A stretch of DNA of 64,000 nt from Pseudomonadota bacterium (lineage in GTDB: Bacteria; Bdellovibrionota_C; UBA2361; OMII01), in the NCBI GenBank assembly GCA_041178185.1, contig JBEGVS010000005.1:14103-78102 (forward strand), in the 5' to 3' direction. Of this stretch, positions 47,242-54,649 are shown piece by piece. Position numbers and translations under genes: made by a program. How positions within the stretch are numbered: position 1 is the stretch's first letter; every line of letters starts with the position of its first letter. The notes under the pieces were generated by a model. The model did not search any database. It saw nothing but the letters and a program-made list of their open reading frames with translations, and was not told the DNA's origin.

Positions 47242-47604
47242 CTAGAAGTTACGGCGGGCCTTTCCTATCTCATGCAAAAGTGAGGTCGATGCGTTCATAA
47301 GCCCCAGTCGCAGATACTCGGGAGATATCCCTAACGCATCGCACACCCCATTGAAGGAGAAAGGCTCCTCGGCTGATGTATCCATTACCCACGTAAAAGC
47401 CTCGGCGTATCGAGCCTTTTCGGTAGGGGTACTTGCAACGGCATAGGCGATATACGCTTGGATGCCATCGAAGAGAAGAGCACCCAACAACGAACGTTCC
47501 GGACCGCGGGCGTAGCCGCGAGTGCTTTCGACGATCTCTTCGGTCACCGACCGAGCGAAATTCGATGGGGAAACTACCGAATTAAGGAACTCAGGGACTG
47601 ACAT
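47242..47604 (-). CDS. small putative HTH protein, paralogue B of 44677..44967
   Basis: 120 aa. Shares ~35 aligned positions with paralogue A (ERSLLGALL..I.AYI......E.AR....TWVMD....EPFSF..VCDALG.S.E.LR..L). Confidence 0.45.
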   Translation of the reverse strand: MSVPEFLNSVVSPSNFARSVTEEIVESTRGYARGPERSLLGALLFDGIQAYIAYAVASTPTEKARYAEAFTWVMDTSAEEPFSFNGVCDALGISPEYLRLGLMNASTSLLHEIGKARRNF

Positions 47605-47765
47605 ACAAGCCTCCGCAAAAACAACGTGCTTATAATTCGGATGCCGGAGACCCTCGTTCGGTGCTCGGAACGTATGAAAGGTTAGCTTCCCTGCTCAGGG
47701 GTTGTCATAAGGTGTGCAGAGGTGTCGGTTTTAGAATCCCAAGGGGGCGAACTACGGAGCGCTTC

Positions 47766-49649
47766 CTACAGGAAGATACAGAGCGCTATCACCGGGACCA
47801 AAGCTACCGGAATAAGCGGCGTAACGAATCCGGCGAACACCAGACACACCGATACAAAGGTAGCAAAAAGGAGCCAGGCTCGTGCCCTGAGCACCTCATG
47901 AACGTGCCGGCGGCACTCCTTGACGAGAGCGGGCACCAGATCGAGGTGAGAGCTTAACGCTACAACGGAAGCTGATGGGACCTCCAGTGTGTTGGGCTTA
48001 AGGAGGGCTATCTCTGGGGAGTGTGAGCGTCCGACCAGATCCGACTCGTCGCCACGAACCAACAACACATCCGCGGACAGCTCTCGTTCACCTTCATCAA
48101 TAATCCTTCCCGTGAGGTTCCGGGGCCATTTTAGAAGAGCTTCATCGGACAGGAGATCGGTCTGACCATAGGCAACTACAAACCGCGCGATCAGGTCATC
48201 TCCGATGGCTACAAGCACAACTCTCTCCTGAGCCCCCTCTTCGACCAAACTCTCGGTCGGCTGAATCAGAATCCCCCGATCAACGAGGAAATCCTCGGAC
48301 CCGATTGAGAACTCGATACCCTTGACCGTTCCACAAATGCCCCTGTCCTCATACTCATGAAGATCGATCACACGTTCGGTAACGACGCTACCTACAACCC
48401 GCTGGCAGTAATCACCGATCGTAGCAAGCGCGGGGTCTTCGGCACGACCAACGATAGAGGAGATGCACGAGCAGAGAGAGCTCTCGCTTATCCGGTCGTC
48501 CATCAAGGTAAGATCCTTCACGTGACACGCCGTTGACGACGCGAGCCTGGAGGGATCGTATGCAACGGTGCGAACATTGTAGAGCTCTGTCCACGCCTTG
48601 GCAGAATTAATGAGAAGTCCCCGCTGTGCCCACGCACGAACCAAGCGACTACGGGTGCCGTACAGAGCCTCTCCGAGTTGGAGCAACAAGGCAACGGTGA
48701 GGATCGAGCCACCTGCAAGGAGGATCGTAGCCCCACTCGCTCCCCGCTCATCCCAGAAGATAGCCGAGGAGACGAAACAGAAGAGCAGCACGTACACGAG
48801 GGGTGTCACAATATGGTCGTGGTCCCGCTTCAACGAGTCCTCAACCCACCGAAGTCCCGGCAGAACCGCCTGCTCCAGTCGTTTGAGGCACGAGTCATAC
48901 GAGGCTGTGAGGGCCTGGACGGTAGCCTCGCCACTGAGAACATAAGAACCCGCGAATACCACATCGGTCTCATCCTTGACCCGGAAATGGGTCTCTGGTG
49001 AGAGGTACCGCTCAAGAACAGCACACGTGCCAGCCCGCACGCGACAGTCGGTGGGAACTATGATACCGGCGGTGAGTGGGAACGCCTCTCCCTCTGCCAC
49101 CATCTTCGCGTCAGCCGGAAAATTCGGCACCAGCGAGGTCATCTGATCTGCCTGATCCCATACTCGGGCTATCAGCGCACGGACGAGGAGAACAGCCCCA
49201 ACGGTAAGAGCTGGGCCTCCAAGAAGCGCAGCACCTATCGACTCCTGCCCACCTCCGGGCACAAACGCTGCCATGAGTGCGGCGAAGCTGACGAGGAGCG
49301 CTCCCGTTGCCGGTACGAAGGTAAGGGGTGAATAGCGCCGCCCAGAATTCTTGAGGAGGAATGCGAGCTCTCGGGCGATGATCGCGGTTGCGATCAGGCC
49401 GCCCACTCCACATGCAGTCCTGAGGCTATCACGCCCCAAACCCGCGGACTCGAGACCGAAGCCGATCAGGCCGACGCCCACCAGGGCGGTGCCGAGACCG
49501 AGTCGTCTCCACAGCGGTTCAGGGGAAAAATGTTCTGGAGAATGGGGAGGAGGTGAGGATGTGTCGATGGGGTTCGTTGATGAAGTGACAGCTGCGGTAT
49601 GACCCGCAGCCGCGTCGATTGCTCCCGTGCTCTCAGCCGGTAGACTCAT
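47766..49649 (-). CDS. P1B-type (heavy-metal) P-type ATPase homologue with degenerate catalytic motifs (probable non-catalytic/pseudo-ATPase membrane protein), 627 aa
   Basis: ATG at 49649. N-terminal TM helices. The actuator-domain region IIVPTDCRVRAGTCAVLERYLSPETHFRVKDETDVVFAGSYVLSGEATVQALTAS parallels GD.V.V.PGE.IPVDG.V..G.S.VDESMLTGES.PV.K..GD.V..GT.N..G. However TGES is replaced by SPET, CPC by AGGSILT, DKTGT by DPSRL and GDGxND by GDDLIAR. Two C-terminal TM helices. Confidence 0.5.
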   Translation of the reverse strand: MSLPAESTGAIDAAAGHTAAVTSSTNPIDTSSPPPHSPEHFSPEPLWRRLGLGTALVGVGLIGFGLESAGLGRDSLRTACGVGGLIATAIIARELAFLLKNSGRRYSPLTFVPATGALLVSFAALMAAFVPGGGQESIGAALLGGPALTVGAVLLVRALIARVWDQADQMTSLVPNFPADAKMVAEGEAFPLTAGIIVPTDCRVRAGTCAVLERYLSPETHFRVKDETDVVFAGSYVLSGEATVQALTASYDSCLKRLEQAVLPGLRWVEDSLKRDHDHIVTPLVYVLLFCFVSSAIFWDERGASGATILLAGGSILTVALLLQLGEALYGTRSRLVRAWAQRGLLINSAKAWTELYNVRTVAYDPSRLASSTACHVKDLTLMDDRISESSLCSCISSIVGRAEDPALATIGDYCQRVVGSVVTERVIDLHEYEDRGICGTVKGIEFSIGSEDFLVDRGILIQPTESLVEEGAQERVVLVAIGDDLIARFVVAYGQTDLLSDEALLKWPRNLTGRIIDEGERELSADVLLVRGDESDLVGRSHSPEIALLKPNTLEVPSASVVALSSHLDLVPALVKECRRHVHEVLRARAWLLFATFVSVCLVFAGFVTPLIPVALVPVIALCIFL

Positions 49650-49688
49650 GCAACGACCTCCTCAAAGGAAGTTAGCCCTACAGGGGAA

Positions 49689-49913
49689 TTACTCGCTCTT
49701 AGCCTCAGCTGAAGCGGCGGCAACGTACTTCTTCTTAAGCTTCGAAAGCTTCTTGTCTTCGAAAACAACGTGCTTTCGAGCAACTGGATCGTACTTGCGA
49801 ATCTTGAGCTTGTTCTCGCCCTTACCCTTCTTCTTGTTCTTACGGTTGGTGTAGAAGAAGCCGGTGCCTTCTGACGAAACTAAGAAAAAGGTTTCTTTTG
49901 CGGCCTTAGCCAT
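49689..49913 (-). CDS. rpmG: 50S ribosomal protein L33 with a ~20-aa C-terminal extension
   Basis: [56 protein letters not shown] matches L33 ([28 protein letters not shown]...[20 protein letters not shown]). The extra [17 protein letters not shown] tail is unusual. Confidence 0.7.
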   Translation of the reverse strand: MAKAAKETFFLVSSEGTGFFYTNRKNKKKGKGENKLKIRKYDPVARKHVVFEDKKLSKLKKKYVAAASAEAKSE

Positions 49914-50272
49914 AATAAATCCTCACAACTAGAGCTTCCTCAAAGGCAGACCCAGAAAAAGGGTGTCGGGACGGAAGCACTCCCAAGCCCCTGGTTTGTA
50001 GCCTAAAACGGGGTACGTTTCAACCCAAGCGTGCGATTTCGTAGCGAGATGTTTGATGCTGAGGGTTGCGCGACCATAGGCACAACGGGGCGCAACAGAA
50101 GAGACACTGGCTGCGTATGCTGTCAGATCCGTTGAGGAATTTAGCGCGGACACCCCCACAGCAGCAATCCCAGCATCCACATACCTCCCACCGGAGCCCG
50201 TTTTTCACCTTATGTTACGTACACCAGGGCCCCTGCCTTTTGTGCATAGGGAGGCAGTGAGCCGCAGCCTCT

Positions 50273-51472
50273 CTATGAGCGGGGTCCCACAACGACCGAT
50301 ACGGAATTACCACCAAATCCGGCTGTATTGATGAGCACGACCCGAGTCGCTCCCTCACGGCGGGCCCGTATCGGGGTCTCATAGGGGAATCCGCTCCAAC
50401 GAGCACCCTGAATGAGCGCCTGGGCGAACGCCAAACTAACCATACCGGAGGCACCGTAGGTGTGGCCCGTGAGATGTTTCGTTGAGGCCACCGTGATCTG
50501 GTCGGAGAAGACTCGGGAAACGGCGCTCAATTCCGCCTCATCTCCTTTCAAAGACCCAGGGGCATGCACCACGACCGTATCGACGATCACCCCCTCGGGC
50601 ATCGCAGCGAGAGCCATCCGCATCGAGCGCTCGAAGGCCCGTCCATCTGGGGAGAGTCCAGTTGCTGTCGGGGTCTCCTCGACGGCCCATCCGAGCCCGA
50701 GCAGCGCGAGATCTCCCTCCACCTCGGCTCCATCATCAGCCATAACGAGGGCCGTCCCCGCACCCTCTCCCAGGGCGACCGTGTTGGATGAGACCGCGAG
50801 ACTTCCACACGGCCGACACGGCCACGGAGTCGCGCCATCGGAGTAGAGTCGAAGCGCCTCGAGGTGCGCGATAGTGTACGGCGTCAAACACGCTTCGGCT
50901 CCACCGAAGAGAGCAACAGTGCTCATTCCGCTCCGAACAAAAGCGCAGGCCGTCAACAGGGATTGAAACGCGGAGGAGCAGGTCATCGAGGTTCCGATGC
51001 TCACAACCGAACCCCGCTCCCCTCTCGCACCGAGCCGAGAGACGCACTCTTGAGCGACCCACGAAGAGATAGTGCCTGCGGTAGTTGTCGGCGATGTTTC
51101 AGTCGGAACCTTGGAGGGATCTCCCGTGAAATCGCCGATCGTTCTCTCGAGGGCGTGCGTAGCACCGCGCGAGGAACCGATCGTCACGCATCCGATAGCG
51201 AAATGCCGACCCCGAGCTGCATCCAACGTATCCCGTGCAGCTGCTATCGCGAGATGGGCAACCCTATCGAGCCTGCTGTAGCGCTCCTCCTGAGCGACCG
51301 CTCTCACGAGCTCCTCACCACGCTGCGACAAGGGGAATATCGGTCGGTTTCCTCGTTCAGCGCACGGCACAGCGGAGAGCGAGGGCTCCTCAAGAAATTC
51401 CGCGATATCCTCCCGCGATGTGCCGAGAGGAGAGATGGTGGAGAGCCCTCGCAGGATCAAACGTCTATCCAT
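50273..51472 (-). CDS. beta-ketoacyl-ACP synthase (FabF/FabB-like KAS I/II fold)
   Basis: The ORF runs to 51478 (TTG); ATG at 51472 gives MDRRLILRGLSTISPLG. Active-site Cys region GTSMTCSSAF, His motifs VVHAPGS and HLTGHTYGASG, C-terminal NTAGFGGNSVSVVVG. Confidence 0.75.
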   Translation of the reverse strand: MDRRLILRGLSTISPLGTSREDIAEFLEEPSLSAVPCAERGNRPIFPLSQRGEELVRAVAQEERYSRLDRVAHLAIAAARDTLDAARGRHFAIGCVTIGSSRGATHALERTIGDFTGDPSKVPTETSPTTTAGTISSWVAQECVSRLGARGERGSVVSIGTSMTCSSAFQSLLTACAFVRSGMSTVALFGGAEACLTPYTIAHLEALRLYSDGATPWPCRPCGSLAVSSNTVALGEGAGTALVMADDGAEVEGDLALLGLGWAVEETPTATGLSPDGRAFERSMRMALAAMPEGVIVDTVVVHAPGSLKGDEAELSAVSRVFSDQITVASTKHLTGHTYGASGMVSLAFAQALIQGARWSGFPYETPIRARREGATRVVLINTAGFGGNSVSVVVGPRS

Positions 51473-52607
51473 GCACAACCTCCTTGGGAAGACTCTCCGC
51501 GATAAGTCCGAGACAGAAGCGCACCTCTTCTACCGTATTGAATGAATGGAGGCAGAGCCTAATCCGCTCAGAGCCGGCGGGAACGGTTGGAGAGCGGATT
51601 GCCTTGGCGAAGACCCCCGCACTTTGAAGAGCAGCTTCGACCATGAGCACCCGCTCATTTGAGGGGAGAACTACACCTTGAATCGGGGAGGTCGATTCAA
51701 GAAAGGAGAGCGATGAAAACTCACCTCGCAAAGCTCGAACACTCTCTATGAGAAAGCGCACGGCATCCCGCTCTGCACAGGCGTCCGCCATCAAGCGATA
51801 GGCTCGATCGATATAGCGAAGCGTTACGAGATCGGGAGCTGTCGAATAAATGAAAGGACGAGCGAAATTTATCAGGTACTCACGCAACATCTCACTACCT
51901 AAGACGATGGCGCCGCGATACCCGACCGCTTTGCCAAAGGTATGTACCCTTGCAAAGATGCGGGACTGAAGACCGAGGCTTTGAACCAACCCCTCCCCTC
52001 GCTTTCCGTAGATACCCGTTGCATGCGCCTCATCAACGATAAGATACGCGCCGTGCTCATCGCACAACGAACACAGCTCTTTGAGTGGAGAGAGGTCCCC
52101 ATCCATCGAGTAGAGGGACTCCACCGCTATAAAGAGATCTCCTCGGGCTTGCGCTATTTTGTTGCGCAGATCTTCCAGGTCATTGTGACGGAAGGAGTAT
52201 GAGCGCGCAGCACTTAAACGAATGCCATCGCGCATCGACGCATGGACTAACTCATCGTATATGATCGTGTCGTGGCGTGTCCCAATACTGCTGAGGACAC
52301 CTACATTCGCTTCATAGCCTGAGCCGAAGAGCAGGGCTGCGGGCGCATCGTGAAACTCCGCTAAAAAGCTCTCAAGGTCCTCGTGCGCTCGTGTCGTCCC
52401 GCTCACCAACCGGGAACCGGTCGCTCCCATAACGCCGAACTCAGCCACCGGTCCCAACTGGGTCGATGCGAGCTGCCGGGAGAGGCCAAGGTAATCATTT
52501 GAGCAGAGGTCGATTCCCCCGGCTACAACGGTCAGGCGACGCAACGACCCCGCCTCGCGTCGATCGCGCAACGCATCCTCCATGCTTTTCGGACTTCTCG
52601 GGTTCAT
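51465..52607 (-). CDS. alpha-oxoamine synthase, 8-amino-7-oxononanoate synthase (BioF)-like PLP enzyme
   Basis: ATG at 52607. CSNDYLGLS, GSGYEANVG, IVDEAHATG, and the PLP lysine in HTFGKAVG. Overlaps the KAS gene start by 8 nt. Confidence 0.7.
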   Translation of the reverse strand: MNPRSPKSMEDALRDRREAGSLRRLTVVAGGIDLCSNDYLGLSRQLASTQLGPVAEFGVMGATGSRLVSGTTRAHEDLESFLAEFHDAPAALLFGSGYEANVGVLSSIGTRHDTIIYDELVHASMRDGIRLSAARSYSFRHNDLEDLRNKIAQARGDLFIAVESLYSMDGDLSPLKELCSLCDEHGAYLIVDEAHATGIYGKRGEGLVQSLGLQSRIFARVHTFGKAVGYRGAIVLGSEMLREYLINFARPFIYSTAPDLVTLRYIDRAYRLMADACAERDAVRFLIESVRALRGEFSSLSFLESTSPIQGVVLPSNERVLMVEAALQSAGVFAKAIRSPTVPAGSERIRLCLHSFNTVEEVRFCLGLIAESLPKEVVHG

Positions 52608-52687
52608 ATACGTTGCCAGCCTCTTGAGCGGATTGTATGGTAGCAGAACTCACGAGAGATACAAAAAGGTATAAACACTGGGTAATT

Positions 52688-53950
52688 ATGAACGTTTTTG
52701 AAGAACTGACGTGGCGCGGACTCATCCAGGACATCTCCGATCCTGAGGCTCTCTCGAAACTCAAAACGGGCGACGCTTTCTATATCGGGTTTGATCCTAC
52801 AGCTCCCTCTTTTCAGGTGGGAAACCTCGTTCCCCTCTTGGTAGCTATCCATCTTACGAAAGCGGGCCTCAAACCGATCCTTCTCTTCGGCGGCGCGACC
52901 GGCATGATCGGCGACCCAGGCGGGAAGAGCGCTGAGCGAAACCTCCTTCCACTTGAACAGGTAGCGGAGAACGTCAAACTCCAACAGACCCAAGCTGCCG
53001 ACCTATGGAGGAGCGCAGGCCTCACGGTCATCCCCGAGATCGTCAATAATATCGAGTGGACGAAAGATGTCTCCATGCTCACCTTCCTTCGAGATGTAGG
53101 TAAACACTTTACCATCAACTACATGCTCGCGAAGGAGTCCGTAAAATCACGCCTCTCTGGAGACGGCATCTCCTACACTGAGTTCAGCTACCAGCTCCTG
53201 CAGGCGTTCGACTTTCTTCATCTCTACCAAAACAGGAACTGCAAGCTCCAGATAGGTGGCTCCGACCAGTGGGGGAACATAACCTCTGGACTTGAATTAA
53301 TCCGCCGCAAGGTACAGGGCGAGGCGTACGCGCTCTCGTTTCCTCTGATCACCAACAGTGAGGGGAAGAAGTTCGGCAAATCTGAGGGTAACGCGGTATG
53401 GCTCAGTCCAAAGTTGACCACCCCGTACAAGTTCCATCAGTTCTGGCTTAACGTTCAGGACGCCGAGGCGATTCGACTCCTTAAGATCTTCACCCTTGAA
53501 TCGAAAGAGAAGATCGAAGAGATCGAAGCGCTCATGAAGGCAGCTCCTGAGAAACGGGATGCTCAAAAGTTCCTTGCTGACACCATCTGCACATTTGTGC
53601 ATGGGGCGGAAGCTACCTCCGACGCTAAGAAGTGCGCACAGGCGCTCTTTAGCGGCACGCTCTCCGAACTCTCTAACGAGCAGATCCTAGAGATTTTCGA
53701 TGACGCTCCTTCAAGCGCTCTCACGCGTTCGCAAGTTGAGGAGCTCGACATCCTAACCCTTCTGAGCACCACGGTTTCAAAATCGAAGGGCGAGGCTCGC
53801 CGACTTGTGCAGGCAGGCGGTATCTACCTCGACAGTGAGCGAGTATCGAACGAGGCTCTTAAGCTCAAAGATACCGCCATCCTCTCGAAAGGTTTCATCG
53901 TTCTTCGAAGCGGCAAGAAGAACTACCACCTTGTACGCCTCGCTGACTAA
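52688..53950 (+). CDS. tyrS: tyrosyl-tRNA synthetase (class I, with C-terminal S4 domain)
   Basis: The ORF opens at 52637; the ATG at 52688 gives MNVFEELTWRGLIQDIS. HIGH-type motif region YIGFDPTAPSFQVGNL and KMSKS-type KFGKSEGN. C-terminal S4-like KGEARRLVQAGGIYLD. Confidence 0.85.
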   Translation: MNVFEELTWRGLIQDISDPEALSKLKTGDAFYIGFDPTAPSFQVGNLVPLLVAIHLTKAGLKPILLFGGATGMIGDPGGKSAERNLLPLEQVAENVKLQQTQAADLWRSAGLTVIPEIVNNIEWTKDVSMLTFLRDVGKHFTINYMLAKESVKSRLSGDGISYTEFSYQLLQAFDFLHLYQNRNCKLQIGGSDQWGNITSGLELIRRKVQGEAYALSFPLITNSEGKKFGKSEGNAVWLSPKLTTPYKFHQFWLNVQDAEAIRLLKIFTLESKEKIEEIEALMKAAPEKRDAQKFLADTICTFVHGAEATSDAKKCAQALFSGTLSELSNEQILEIFDDAPSSALTRSQVEELDILTLLSTTVSKSKGEARRLVQAGGIYLDSERVSNEALKLKDTAILSKGFIVLRSGKKNYHLVRLAD

Positions 53951-53983
53951 GAACCTCGCCTAGCAGGAGTGCGCAGAGGTTTT

Positions 53984-54430
53984 ATGAGCGTACGGACGTT
54001 TCAGGAGGGAGATGAAGTTCAGATAATCTCCCTCAAAAAGATGGGCGTGATTCAGACCCCGCTCGGCGGAGAAAGATATCGTGTTGCGATCGGATCGCTG
54101 TCGATCGCCTGTAGCGCTCACGACCTCGTACTCCATGAAGGTCCCCGTCCTAGATCCGGCACAACGCAACACCGATCGCTCCCGCCAAGCTCCTCACGCC
54201 CCCCGCAATCTCTCGACCTTCATGGGCTGACCGTCGAGGAAGCTGTGCGCAAACTAGACGCATGGCTCGATTCGGTAATCCTCTCGGACCTCTCTCATGT
54301 GAAAGTAATCCACGGGCTAGGAACAGGAAGGGTTCAACGAGCGGTGCACCAGCGCCTGCAGATCTTCAAGGCAGTGAAACGTTTTGCTCTTAATCAGTCG
54401 AACCCCGGCGAGACCGACGTCTACCTCTAG
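53984..54430 (+). CDS. Smr-domain protein (small MutS2-related endonuclease-like)
   Basis: ATG at 53984 with an agagg RBS (the ORF opens at a GTG at 53969). LDLHGLTVEEAVRKLDAWLDSVILSDLSHVKVIHGLGTGRVQRAVHQRL is the Smr signature. Confidence 0.6.
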   Translation: MSVRTFQEGDEVQIISLKKMGVIQTPLGGERYRVAIGSLSIACSAHDLVLHEGPRPRSGTTQHRSLPPSSSRPPQSLDLHGLTVEEAVRKLDAWLDSVILSDLSHVKVIHGLGTGRVQRAVHQRLQIFKAVKRFALNQSNPGETDVYL

Positions 54431-54649
54431 ACGATCCTCGACACGGTCCACTATGCAGAGAAGGGCCCCACCTCTCAACACCGTCACAGACACCTCTTCT
54501 TCGATGTAAAAAAATTTTCTTCACCCTAGTGCCATTACTACAACCGCTGTAATCTGCCGCTCTCGCTCTTGCGGAACTATTCGCGGGAAGAAGCGAGCGC
54601 CGCAAAAATGCGGTCATGTAAGTTATGTACCTAAGGAGATAGTTCGTTC

